Below, piece after piece: positions 1 to 9,499 of a DNA stretch of 64,000 nt. The first letter of the stretch is position 1. Every line of letters begins with the position of its first letter. The notes beneath the pieces were generated by a model. The model was not told the origin of the DNA and made no database searches. It was given only the letters and a program-made list of their open reading frames with translations. The stretch is taken from positions 350,622 to 414,621 of the forward strand of contig CABZMF010000001.1 in assembly GCA_902526795.1 (NCBI GenBank), given 5' to 3'. The position numbers were made by a program, and so were the translations under genes. The stretch is from an uncultured Fidelibacterota bacterium (GTDB lineage Bacteria > Fidelibacterota > Marinisomatia > Marinisomatales > Marinisomataceae).

Positions 1-2
1 GA

Positions 3-1133
3 GCTGAAAAATTGTGGCAAATGTTGCATAACGAAGACTATGTAAATTGTCTAGGAACTTTAACAGGTGGTCAAGCAGTACAAGGAGTTAAGGCCGGAGC
101 AAAAGCAATTTATGTATCAGGATGGCAGGTTGCAGCTGATAACAATAGTGCTGAGTCAATGTATCCCGATCAATCATTGTATCCAGTAGATTCAGTTCCG
201 TCTTTAGTCAAAAGAATAAATAGTTCATTTAAGAGAGCAGATCAAATCGAATGGATGACATCAAATGGCAAACCTAAATTTGACTTTTTCACTCCAATAG
301 TTGCTGATGCTGAAGCTGGATTTGGAGGTGTTTTAAATGCTTTTGAATTGATGAAGGCTATGATAAAAGCTGGTGCTGCTGGAGTACATTTTGAAGATCA
401 ATTAGCTAGTGTAAAAAAGTGTGGACATATGGGTGGAAAGGTGCTAGTTCCTACTCAAGAAGCTGTTAACAAGTTAGTAGCAGCAAGACTTGCAGCGGAT
501 GTATTAAATGTTCCAACTTTATTAGTTGCTAGGACTGATGCAAATGCAGCTGAACTTCTTACTTCAGATATTGATGAAAGAGATGCCGAATTTGTTACAG
601 GTGAAAGAACTTCAGAAGGTTTTTATAGGGTTAAAGCTGGAATCCATCAAGCAATTTCAAGAGGTCTATCATATGCTCCATTTTCTGATTTATTATGGTG
701 TGAAACTGGAAAACCAAATCTTGAGGAAGCAAAATTATTCGCTGAATCAATTAAAAAAGATCATCCAGAGTTATTACTCGCATATAATTGTTCTCCATCT
801 TTTAATTGGAGAAAACATTTAAATGATTCAACTATTGCTAAATTTCAAAGAGAATTAGGTGCAATGGGTTATAAGTTTCAATTCATAACACTCGCAGGAA
901 TTCATTCTATGTGGCATGGCATGTTTGATTTGACAAAAAAATACGTAAAATCAGGAATGACCGCATATGTGGAATTACAAGAAAAAGAATTTGCAGATCA
1001 AGATAAAGGATATACTTTTTCATCACATCAACAAGAAGTTGGAACAGGTTATTTTGATGCTGTAAATAATTGTATTGTGGGAGATCCTTCAACAAGTGCA
1101 ATGGAAGGTTCTACTGAAGAAGAGCAGTTTTAA
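3..1133 (+). CDS. aceA: Isocitrate lyase (5' end truncated by window edge)
   Basis: KKCGH catalytic signature, [17 protein letters not shown] and HQQEVG motifs; frame is open to the window start. Confidence 0.97.
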   Translation, partial: AEKLWQMLHNEDYVNCLGTLTGGQAVQGVKAGAKAIYVSGWQVAADNNSAESMYPDQSLYPVDSVPSLVKRINSSFKRADQIEWMTSNGKPKFDFFTPIVADAEAGFGGVLNAFELMKAMIKAGAAGVHFEDQLASVKKCGHMGGKVLVPTQEAVNKLVAARLAADVLNVPTLLVARTDANAAELLTSDIDERDAEFVTGERTSEGFYRVKAGIHQAISRGLSYAPFSDLLWCETGKPNLEEAKLFAESIKKDHPELLLAYNCSPSFNWRKHLNDSTIAKFQRELGAMGYKFQFITLAGIHSMWHGMFDLTKKYVKSGMTAYVELQEKEFADQDKGYTFSSHQQEVGTGYFDAVNNCIVGDPSTSAMEGSTEEEQF

Positions 1134-1186
1134 AGTTTTTTGAAATAAAGTACTGAAAAAGTCACAAATTTTTATAAATTAATCTG

Positions 1187-1579
1187 GTGAAAAAAATTTC
1201 AGAATTTTCAGAATTAGTACAACCTACTCATATTAATACTGCAGGTACTCTTTTTGGTGGATATATGCTTTCATGGTTGGACCTAGCTGCAGCAAAAGCA
1301 GCATCTGAATTTTTGGAAGAAACTGATGCTTGGGGTTCAGTAACAAGAGCTCTTGATAAGGTTGAATTCAAAGAACCAGTTTATCTTGGTGATTGGGTGA
1401 AATGTAAATCAACAATCATCGGTGCTGGAAACTCATCAGTAAAAGTTCAAGTTCAAGCATTCGCAGAAAGTAAAGATCATGGAAAAAGACTAGCATGCAC
1501 AGCTGACATAACATTTGTTGCCGTCATCAAAGACAAAAATGGCAAGCTAGTAAGCTTTAAACATAACTTAATTTTATAG
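1187..1579 (+). CDS. Acyl-CoA thioesterase (hot-dog fold, YciA-like)
   Basis: HINxxGTLFGGxMLSWLD motif, FKEPVxxGD, GxSSVxV. Confidence 0.9.
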   Translation: MKKISEFSELVQPTHINTAGTLFGGYMLSWLDLAAAKAASEFLEETDAWGSVTRALDKVEFKEPVYLGDWVKCKSTIIGAGNSSVKVQVQAFAESKDHGKRLACTADITFVAVIKDKNGKLVSFKHNLIL

Positions 1580-1587
1580 AGGAAAAC

Positions 1588-3027
1588 ATGGCACATATTA
1601 ATAATCTAAAGTTTTTAAAAAATCATAAAGAACTCATTGATGAAAATTATGGAATGGTAGCTGTACCAACATTTTCAGACAAAATGGATAAAGATTTAGC
1701 AAAATTATTCAAATCACAAAATAAAACAGGAAAAGTTGGTGAACTTGTATTTGAAATAGATAATAATTCAAGAATTGTTTACTATGGTCTTGGAAATTCT
1801 TCTGCAAAAACACCAGAAAATTTTAGAAGAGCTGCTGGAGAAGTCGTTGGTTATGCATTAAAGCATAAATATAGCGATATTGCTGTAGAATGCCCTGTTT
1901 CAAACGAAGGAGATTATTTCTGTCAAGCATTTGCTGAAGGTCTGATTCTTTCTAGTTATAGATTTTTAGATTATTTTACTGACGAAAGAGGTCAATATCA
2001 TTTAAAAAGCATAACAATGGTTGACGCATGCAATGAAAATTCAGCAAAAAAAGGTGCAATTATTGCAAGCGCAGTTTGTGATTCGAGAGATCTTGGTAAT
2101 CATCCTGGAAATGTTACAACTCCAACTAGGCTGGCAAATTTTGCTAAAGAGGTTGGTAAGAAGGGCAATATGAAAGTCACCGTATTTGATAGAGAAGAAT
2201 TTACCAAAATGGGTATGGGCTCTTTTGCAGGAGTTGCACAGGGAACAAATGAACCTCCAAAATTTATTATTATGGAGTATTTTGGAGGAATGAAAAGTGA
2301 AAAACCAGTTCTACTAGTTGGTAAAGGACTAACCTTTGATACTGGTGGAGTTTCACTTAAACCTGGCTTAAATATGGACCAAATGAAATTTGATATGTGT
2401 GGTTCTGCTGTTGTTTTCGGTGTAATGAATGCAATAGCGGAATTACAACCAAAAATGAATGTTGTTGCTATTGTACCTTCAACTCATAATATGTTAGGAG
2501 GTTCAGCTTATAAACCTGGAGATATTTTGACTGCATATAATGGTAAAACTATTGAAGTTTTAAATACTGATGCTGAAGGCAGATTAATTCTTGCTGACGC
2601 GTTAGCATATGCAAGCAAGCATTATGATCCTGAATATATGTTAGATTTTGCAACATTAACAGGAGCAGTCGTGATTACACTTGGACATATTGCTACAGGG
2701 TTAATGAGCAATAATGAAGCTTTAGTAGATAATATTAAAGTTTCATCTGATAATACTGGAGAACATGTATGGCAGTTGCCTTTGTGGGATGAGTATTGTG
2801 ATCAAGTAAAATCTGAAGTAGCAGACGTAAAAAACTTGGGTTCACCAGGACAGGCAGGAACTATTGCTGGGGCAGCATTTTTAAAAGCTTTTGTGAGGGA
2901 AGATATTCCATGGGCACACTTCGATGTAGCAGGAACCTCATATCATGTTGAAAACAGAAGTTATATCCAAAAAAACAGTGCTTCTGGTCAAGTAATAAGA
3001 TTAGTTCTTGATTTACTCGGCGCATAA
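1588..3027 (+). CDS. pepA: Leucyl aminopeptidase (M17)
   Basis: VGKGLTFDTGG, MKFDM and NTDAEGRL signature. Confidence 0.96.
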   Translation: MAHINNLKFLKNHKELIDENYGMVAVPTFSDKMDKDLAKLFKSQNKTGKVGELVFEIDNNSRIVYYGLGNSSAKTPENFRRAAGEVVGYALKHKYSDIAVECPVSNEGDYFCQAFAEGLILSSYRFLDYFTDERGQYHLKSITMVDACNENSAKKGAIIASAVCDSRDLGNHPGNVTTPTRLANFAKEVGKKGNMKVTVFDREEFTKMGMGSFAGVAQGTNEPPKFIIMEYFGGMKSEKPVLLVGKGLTFDTGGVSLKPGLNMDQMKFDMCGSAVVFGVMNAIAELQPKMNVVAIVPSTHNMLGGSAYKPGDILTAYNGKTIEVLNTDAEGRLILADALAYASKHYDPEYMLDFATLTGAVVITLGHIATGLMSNNEALVDNIKVSSDNTGEHVWQLPLWDEYCDQVKSEVADVKNLGSPGQAGTIAGAAFLKAFVREDIPWAHFDVAGTSYHVENRSYIQKNSASGQVIRLVLDLLGA

Positions 3028-3251
3028 TGAATAAGCTGAAAGCAATTAATATAGTACAGTTTTCTTTTCAACTTATAACAGCATTATTGCTACTCTATTT
3101 TACTATAAATTCAGGTACTCCTGATCGTATCATTATTCCAATTTTACTACTATTAGGGTGGTCTCTGGGTTTCTTTCAAAGAAGGGTGACTAGAAGGCAA
3201 ATAAAAAGGCTTAGAGGCTCAAAAAATAAAGCTGTTCTTCTCGAAGGTTAA
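3027..3251 (+). CDS. Small two-TM membrane protein with basic tail
   Basis: Start overlaps pepA stop (TAATG); two hydrophobic segments followed by an Arg/Lys-rich C-terminus. Confidence 0.7.
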   Translation: MNKLKAINIVQFSFQLITALLLLYFTINSGTPDRIIIPILLLLGWSLGFFQRRVTRRQIKRLRGSKNKAVLLEG

Positions 3252-3253
3252 TA

Positions 3254-3970
3254 ATGAATGAATTGTTTAAAAATGATATATCCTTAGATCAAAAAAATCA
3301 CAAATACATTCTCAATAACAATCCTGAATTTAAATTTTCTAGTGTAACCGAATTTATACACTTTTTCTTTGAAAAATTTGATCAAGAAAGAGTAGCTAAA
3401 AAGTTAATTAATACAAATCCAAAGTATAGAGGTAAAACTGTAAGCGAGGTTCTCCTTAATTGGGGAAAAGGTGCTAAAAGAGGAACAATTGTTCATAATG
3501 AATTGGAAATGTTTATTAAGGAAAAAGCTATTCCAAAACATCAAATGTCAATTACTGGTGCAAGATGGTTAAAAGAAAAACAAAAGAATGAACATAATAC
3601 GTTTTTTTCTGAAGTAATCGTATATACTAAAGAATTAGGCATAGCCGGAACTATAGATTTACTTGTTTATAATAGTGAGCAAAATATGTATCACTTGGTT
3701 GATTGGAAAACAAATAAAAGAATTGACAAAAATTCATTTAGAAATAAAAAAGGTATCCTTCCTTCATCTCAGCATTTAGATGATTGTAACTTTACACACT
3801 ATTCCTTACAGCTATCATTTTATAGATATATTCTTGAACGTTATTATGGATTAGAAATAGGTAGTCAAACCCTATTTCATTTAAAAGAAGATGATAGTTA
3901 CGAAATTTATAATGTAGAATATCGCAGTGAAGATTTGATAAATATGCTAAGAGAAAAAGAACTAATTTAG
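3254..3970 (+). CDS. PD-(D/E)XK nuclease family protein (RecB/phage exonuclease-like)
   Basis: SVT, RGTxVH, E..GxxGTIDLL, VDWKT and LQLSFY motifs. Confidence 0.85.
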   Translation: MNELFKNDISLDQKNHKYILNNNPEFKFSSVTEFIHFFFEKFDQERVAKKLINTNPKYRGKTVSEVLLNWGKGAKRGTIVHNELEMFIKEKAIPKHQMSITGARWLKEKQKNEHNTFFSEVIVYTKELGIAGTIDLLVYNSEQNMYHLVDWKTNKRIDKNSFRNKKGILPSSQHLDDCNFTHYSLQLSFYRYILERYYGLEIGSQTLFHLKEDDSYEIYNVEYRSEDLINMLREKELI

Positions 3971-4552
3971 TACGAAATGAAAAATATCAATTATTGTGTA
4001 CAGAAATAAGTAACCAATAACTTCCAAAAGAACACCATTAATCCTACTTATTTTAACTAACACTTTTTCACCTGGTTCTGGCTTTTTATATTTAAAAATA
4101 TTTGGTATCAATCGAGGAGTAGTTTTAATATATTTCTCAAATTTATCTCCATGGTTTGACCTTAATTTCTTTTCTTCATTTGCTATAGTAGGTATATGAA
4201 AAACAATAAAAATGATTAGTAAAGATAATGGAAGGTAAATCGACTTTAAAGCTAGACAAAATCCTAAAATAATAATTAAACTAAAAAAATATAATGGATT
4301 TCTAACCATTGAAAAAGGCCCTGCTGTAACTAAATTTTTTGTTTTATTTCCTTCAATATATAGAGATGCCCAAATTCTTCCAAAACATCCAAAAACAACC
4401 AAAATAAAACCAAAAATACTCATTTGTAAAGACTCTAAGGTACTTATCTCAAGGGTGTAAGCTCTGAAATTATCATTCGTGATTGACAAAATTATAAGAA
4501 TAACAATGGATGCTCTTAAAAAATACATCCGATACTTGGCTAGTAGTCTCAT
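3962..4552 (-). CDS. Isoprenylcysteine carboxyl methyltransferase / PEMT family membrane methyltransferase
   Basis: LVTAGPFSMVRNPLY, EExxL..xG..YxxxTPRxIP motifs; multiple TM segments. Confidence 0.88.
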   Translation of the reverse strand: MRLLAKYRMYFLRASIVILIILSITNDNFRAYTLEISTLESLQMSIFGFILVVFGCFGRIWASLYIEGNKTKNLVTAGPFSMVRNPLYFFSLIIILGFCLALKSIYLPLSLLIIFIVFHIPTIANEEKKLRSNHGDKFEKYIKTTPRLIPNIFKYKKPEPGEKVLVKISRINGVLLEVIGYLFLYTIIDIFHFVLN

Positions 4553-4557
4553 TATAT

Positions 4558-5049
4558 TTATTTAATAGTGATTCTTTTTTCTTGAATTAGCTCGCAGCCT
4601 GGAATATCTTCACCGTTTTTAAGTGACTCTTTAACTTTATCTTTATTTAAAACTTTTGCTTCCTTTAAATGAAAAAATTTTTCAGGTATTTTATTTTCAT
4701 CTAAAATATTTACTTTTACAGGATTTTTATACATAGCAATAACAATATCATCATTTTCGATTTTTTCGGTATTAGTTCTCTCAAAATTGAAGCGTAAATA
4801 ATCTTTTAGTTTTATAATTTTTTTTTCTAGGGAGACCCTTCTATTTTTTTGATTATTTTCAACTTCTTTAATACCAGCTGCCAGATGTTCAAGATTTCTA
4901 ATGTATTTGGCTACATTTGCTGACTTTGATTTGAATTCACCCTCAATTGATTCTATTTCTTTTATCAAATCAGAGTCATCATGATCTAAAAGATTATCTA
5001 ATAATTTTTCAAACTCATTTGTTATATCATAAAGAGTTGATTTTGACAT
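4558..5049 (-). CDS. Siphovirus Gp157 family protein
   Basis: TLYDIT start, coiled-coil KxxNxAxYIRNLE..E.xxxxRR, V.I.DE.xIPxxF, KxxxKExLKxGExIPGxxL C-terminus; typical ~160 aa length. Confidence 0.85.
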   Translation of the reverse strand: MSKSTLYDITNEFEKLLDNLLDHDDSDLIKEIESIEGEFKSKSANVAKYIRNLEHLAAGIKEVENNQKNRRVSLEKKIIKLKDYLRFNFERTNTEKIENDDIVIAMYKNPVKVNILDENKIPEKFFHLKEAKVLNKDKVKESLKNGEDIPGCELIQEKRITIK

Positions 5050-5077
5050 GATTTAATATAGAAAAAAAATAAGAAAT

Positions 5078-6427
5078 TTATAATTCTTTTACTTCTTTGA
5101 GTAAATCATTTAGCATTTCCTTAGCATCACCGAAAACCATGATAGAATTATCATATCCAAATAATTCATTTTGAACACCTGCAAAGCCAGGATTCATACT
5201 TCTTTTATTGATGATAACAGTTCTTGACTTATCAACATTTAAAATTGGCATACCATAAATAGGGCTTGACTGATCATGTCTAGCAGCAGGATTAACAACA
5301 TCATTAGCACCAAGAATAAGGGCAACATCACAATCTTCAAATTCAGGATTGATTTCATCAAGATCTTTAAGAACATCATAAGAAACATTCGCTTCGGCAA
5401 GAAGAACATTCATATGACCTGGCATTCTACCTGCAACAGGGTGGATTGCATATAGAACAGTTTTGCCCATAGATTCTAATGATTCAGCAACTTCACGAGC
5501 AACATGTTGCGCTTGAGCAACAGCCAATCCATAACCAGGGACAATTATAATTTTTTCTGCTGCATCAAGTATCATTGCTGCTTCAGTTGTAGAATAACTC
5601 TTAATATTCATTTCCTTACCATCAGAGCTTCCACTCGAAGTTTCAGCTCCAACTGCACCAAATATTACATTCGCTAAAGATCTGTTCATACCTTTGCACA
5701 TAATATTTGTTAGTATTAATCCCGAAGCTCCAACAAGTGATCCACTGATTATCAATGCCTGATTATCTATTAAAAAACCTGTTGCTGCTGCAGCAATACC
5801 AGAGTAAGAATTAAGAAGTGAAATTACAACGGGCATATCTGCTCCTCCAATAGGAATAGTTAACCCTACTCCGAGCAGAAACGCTAATAGAACAACAAAA
5901 TAAAACGAATTGTTCGCTTGAATAAAATCAAAATTATTTATTGAAACTAATATAATTATTGTACTGAAAAATAATATGTTAAGTATTTGCTGTCCTTTAA
6001 ATGTAATAGCTTTACCTGAAATTAATCCTTGCAACTTCCCAAATGCAATGAAGCTTCCAGAAAAAGTTAAAGTTCCAATAAATACACTCACACAAATAAT
6101 AAAACTTAAATCATTTATCTTAAAAAATTCAGAAGACGCCACAAAAGCAGATGCGGCTCCTCCAAGACCATTAAATATAGCAACCATTTGTGGCATTTCT
6201 GTCATTTGAACTCTAGTAGCAAATAACAGGCCAATAACTGAACCAATACCAACACCAAGAGCAATTAATTTGAAATCTAATACATTTGAAGATGCTAATG
6301 TTGCAGCAATTGCAATTAGCATTCCTATGGCTGCTAAGAAATTACCACTTCGAGCGGTTTTAGGATGTGATAGACGCTTGAGTCCTAAAATGAAACAAAT
6401 AGCTGATAATAAGTAAAATAAATTCAT
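5078..6427 (-). CDS. pntB: NAD(P) transhydrogenase beta subunit
   Basis: MPQMVA, GGADMPVVISLLNSYSG, IHPVAGRMPGHMNVLLAE. Confidence 0.97.
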   Translation of the reverse strand: MNLFYLLSAICFILGLKRLSHPKTARSGNFLAAIGMLIAIAATLASSNVLDFKLIALGVGIGSVIGLLFATRVQMTEMPQMVAIFNGLGGAASAFVASSEFFKINDLSFIICVSVFIGTLTFSGSFIAFGKLQGLISGKAITFKGQQILNILFFSTIIILVSINNFDFIQANNSFYFVVLLAFLLGVGLTIPIGGADMPVVISLLNSYSGIAAAATGFLIDNQALIISGSLVGASGLILTNIMCKGMNRSLANVIFGAVGAETSSGSSDGKEMNIKSYSTTEAAMILDAAEKIIIVPGYGLAVAQAQHVAREVAESLESMGKTVLYAIHPVAGRMPGHMNVLLAEANVSYDVLKDLDEINPEFEDCDVALILGANDVVNPAARHDQSSPIYGMPILNVDKSRTVIINKRSMNPGFAGVQNELFGYDNSIMVFGDAKEMLNDLLKEVKEL

Positions 6428-6693
6428 TTTTTCTTAAACATTTTTAACATTCTGTCAGTTACTAAAAAACCACCCACAACATTAATGGTAGCACAAACTA
6501 GAGCAGCCAATCCTAGATAAGTACTTATTTCACCATTTGTACTAATTGCTAAGAGAGCTCCAACAATTGCAATTCCTGAAATTGCATTTGAGCCAGACAT
6601 AAGTGGAGTATGCAGAGTTGGAGGAACTTTATTGATTATCTCATTTCCAACAAAAATTGCTAAAATAAATATGGTAATTAAGTTAACGTCCAT
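6424..6693 (-). CDS. pntAb: NAD(P) transhydrogenase alpha subunit part 2 (membrane part)
   Basis: LHTPLMSGSNAISG, GGFLVTDRML; ATG at 6693 overlaps the upstream stop. Confidence 0.95.
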   Translation of the reverse strand: MDVNLITIFILAIFVGNEIINKVPPTLHTPLMSGSNAISGIAIVGALLAISTNGEISTYLGLAALVCATINVVGGFLVTDRMLKMFKKK

Positions 6694-7814
6694 CAAAATG
6701 CCTCTCGCGTTGGTTCATGTCTTACTTCACCCTTTTCGATGAAAAGCATTCCATCAATTATTTCATCTTCCTTATCAAGTTTGAAACCTTGTTCTGTATG
6801 ACAATGGTCAATAATTGCTTCTATGTTTTTTGAAAAAAGTTGGCTAGAATGAAATGCCATTGTGCTTGGTAAATTCGAATTTCCATCAATTAAAACTCCA
6901 TTATGACTTACAATTTCGTCTACTTTTGTGAGCTCACAATTTCCACCATTTTCAGATGCTAAATCCATAATTACAGATCCTGGAGCCATTGATTCAACCA
7001 TACTTTTAGGAATTAACATTGGTGCAGGTCTGTTAGGTATTAAAGCAGTTGTAATAACAATATCTGATTTACCGACTCTTTCTCTCATTAATTCTTGTTG
7101 CTTTGCTTTATAATCATCGCTTGTTTCAGAAGCATATCCTCCGGATCCAACTCCATCATTCGAGTCACTTTCAACCTCAACAAATTTAGCTCCAAGACTT
7201 TCAACTTGTTCTTTTACTTCAGGTCTTACATCAAAAGCTTCAACCTGAGCTCCAAGTCTTTTAGCAGTTGCTATAGCCTGTAACCCTGCTACTCCTGCTC
7301 CAAGAACAAGTGTTCTTGAAGGAGAAATTGTTCCAGCTGCGGTCATTAAAAGAGGCATGTATTTCCCGATATGATTTGCTCCAATCAAAACGGCTTTATA
7401 CCCAGCAATATTTGCTTGAGAACTTAAAACATCCATTTTTTGTGCTAAAGTTGTTCTGGGTAAAAGGTTTAAAGAAAAAGCAGATACTTTTTTCTCTTTT
7501 AATTTTTTAACACAATCAACTTCTTTTATTGTTTGTAACAAGGAGATTAAAAGTGTACCAGCATTTAAGGATGATACTTCTTCATCTGATGGAGAATTGA
7601 CTTTACAAATTAATTCACAATTAAATATTTCTTTTTTATCAACAATTTTTGCCCCAGCATTTTTGTAATTATCATCTGAGTAGTTTGATTCTAACCCTGC
7701 ATTAGATTCTATGAAAAACTCATATCCTTTTTTGATTAAAGCAGAAATAGTTGATGGAACGATAGCCACCCTTTTTTCTCCAGTTTTTTGCTCTTTTAAA
7801 ATTCCAATTTTCAT
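6693..7814 (-). CDS. pntAa: NAD(P) transhydrogenase alpha subunit part 1 (dI); start moved to ATG 7814 (MKIGILKE)
   Basis: KE..ExRVA, GAGVAGLQAIATA, FDVRP, ITTALIP, DLAxxNGGNC. Confidence 0.96.
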   Translation of the reverse strand: MKIGILKEQKTGEKRVAIVPSTISALIKKGYEFFIESNAGLESNYSDDNYKNAGAKIVDKKEIFNCELICKVNSPSDEEVSSLNAGTLLISLLQTIKEVDCVKKLKEKKVSAFSLNLLPRTTLAQKMDVLSSQANIAGYKAVLIGANHIGKYMPLLMTAAGTISPSRTLVLGAGVAGLQAIATAKRLGAQVEAFDVRPEVKEQVESLGAKFVEVESDSNDGVGSGGYASETSDDYKAKQQELMRERVGKSDIVITTALIPNRPAPMLIPKSMVESMAPGSVIMDLASENGGNCELTKVDEIVSHNGVLIDGNSNLPSTMAFHSSQLFSKNIEAIIDHCHTEQGFKLDKEDEIIDGMLFIEKGEVRHEPTREAF

Positions 7815-7903
7815 AACTATAAAATAGAGGTAAAAATTACGCATTTTAGAATATTCATCAAGAACTTTATGCATATTAAATTTTTTTTTAGCTAAATTGA
7901 TTA

Positions 7904-8848
7904 GTGGAATTATATCCTAAGGCAAAAGTTTTTAATTCTTTCAATTTAAAAGTTTCCGAATTGCATACCATTTTCATTGAAGAATCAGGTAATAAAAATG
8001 GAAAACCAGTTATTTTTTTACATGGTGGTCCAGGAGGTGGAATTAGCTCAAATTATAGGCAATACTTTAATCCTGACGAGTGGAGAATTATTATGTTTGA
8101 TCAGAGGGGATGTGGTAAAAGTACACCTTTTGCCGAGCTTGATGAGAATACTACATGGGACTTAGTGTCAGACATAGAAAAAATTAGAAATCATTTACAA
8201 ATAGAAAAGTGGGTAGTTTTTGGTGGAAGTTGGGGAAGTACGCTTTCATTAGCTTACAGTCAAAAACATCCAAATGCGTGTAAAGGATTAATTTTGAGAG
8301 GTATTTTTTTAGTTCGTAAGAAAGAAATTGATTGGTTTTATCAGTCTGGAGCTAGCAATGTATTTCCAGATAAGTGGGAATCATTTTTAGCTCCAATACC
8401 TAAGAATAAAAGAAATAATTTGCTTGGTGCTTATTATGATATTTTGACAGGAGATAATCAAGAAAAGAAAATTGCCGCTGCAAAAGCTTGGAGTACATGG
8501 GAGGGTAGTACTGTAAGGCTCATTTTAGATGAAAATTTTATTTCTGATTTTGGAGAAGAAAAGTTTGCTGAAGCATTTGCTCGTATTGAATGCCATTATT
8601 TTATGAATAAGTGTTGGTTTCCAACAGATAATTACTTAATTGAGAATATTGATAAAATAAGACATATACCATCAGTAATTGTTCATGGAAGGTATGACAT
8701 AATTTGCCCTGTAGTCCAAGCTTGGGATTTGCATAAAGCGTGGCCAGAGGCTGATTTACATATAATACCTGATGCTGGTCATTCTATCTATGAAGAGGGT
8801 ATTAAAAATAAATTATTAGAGTATACAAATAGATTTCTAAATCTATAG
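7904..8848 (+). CDS. pip: Proline iminopeptidase (S33)
   Basis: HGGPG, DQRGCG, GGSWG nucleophile, GRYD, AGH. Confidence 0.96.
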   Translation: MELYPKAKVFNSFNLKVSELHTIFIEESGNKNGKPVIFLHGGPGGGISSNYRQYFNPDEWRIIMFDQRGCGKSTPFAELDENTTWDLVSDIEKIRNHLQIEKWVVFGGSWGSTLSLAYSQKHPNACKGLILRGIFLVRKKEIDWFYQSGASNVFPDKWESFLAPIPKNKRNNLLGAYYDILTGDNQEKKIAAAKAWSTWEGSTVRLILDENFISDFGEEKFAEAFARIECHYFMNKCWFPTDNYLIENIDKIRHIPSVIVHGRYDIICPVVQAWDLHKAWPEADLHIIPDAGHSIYEEGIKNKLLEYTNRFLNL

Positions 8849-8849
8849 T

Positions 8850-9452
8850 TTAAAGAAAGCTTCCAACTAAAGCAATCAATGCTCCAGCTGCAAATGAAGA
8901 TGAATTTGAAATATCTACAGCAGAGATAATCAATCCCCCTATTATGATTAAAACATTATTAAAGTTAGACTTTTGTTCAATTTCATAGATAATTTCTTTT
9001 TCTTCAGGTTGTATTTCCTTGGCTTGAAAATCATCAATGATATTAGCACCAGAAATACTTTTTTTAGATATTAATTGACTATTTCTTAGAAAAAACTGCA
9101 AAGCTTTTCTTTTCGGAGTATTTATTTCAAAGGATTCAATTTCAGAAAATAATTGAAGAGCAATTTGTGTTGACTCAATACTATTAGAAACTTCTATACT
9201 TTTTAAAGCTTCATTTTTATAGTTTGATAAAGATAAACTGTCAGTATTTGCTCCATAAATTGTAATATAAAACCATTCTGAAGAATACCATGCAGTAACA
9301 TCTTCGAGATTTATTTTTTTGTTTAAATCAAAATTAATAATAGTGCCGTTATTTTTAGAATCAACTTTTAAATCCTTAATTTTTAAATCTTGCGATATGA
9401 GCAAGGAGCAGGAAAACAAAAATAAAATAGTTACTAATAGATTATTTTTCAT
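8850..9452 (-). CDS. Exported/membrane hypothetical protein, possibly AMIN-like beta domain with C-terminal hydrophobic anchor
   Basis: N-terminal signal peptide, beta-rich middle, two C-terminal hydrophobic stretches. Confidence 0.6.
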   Translation of the reverse strand: MKNNLLVTILFLFSCSLLISQDLKIKDLKVDSKNNGTIINFDLNKKINLEDVTAWYSSEWFYITIYGANTDSLSLSNYKNEALKSIEVSNSIESTQIALQLFSEIESFEINTPKRKALQFFLRNSQLISKKSISGANIIDDFQAKEIQPEEKEIIYEIEQKSNFNNVLIIIGGLIISAVDISNSSSFAAGALIALVGSFL

Positions 9453-9499
9453 CAATTGAATATATTATTTGTTTAGATTCATATGAAACAATTTTATCG

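Noticed and set aside
3254-3970. Cas4 or CRISPR-associated nuclease
   Set aside because: Only one Cys, so no Fe-S cluster motif; no cas genes or repeat-spacer array seen in the window
3254-5049. Prophage
   Set aside because: No integrase, terminase, structural genes or att repeats; flanks are housekeeping genes
7815-7874. N-terminal extension of PntAa in the ORF track (similar extensions for rpsT, guaB, DPP IV)
   Set aside because: Family-typical N-termini begin at downstream ATGs; the extensions cover promoter DNA
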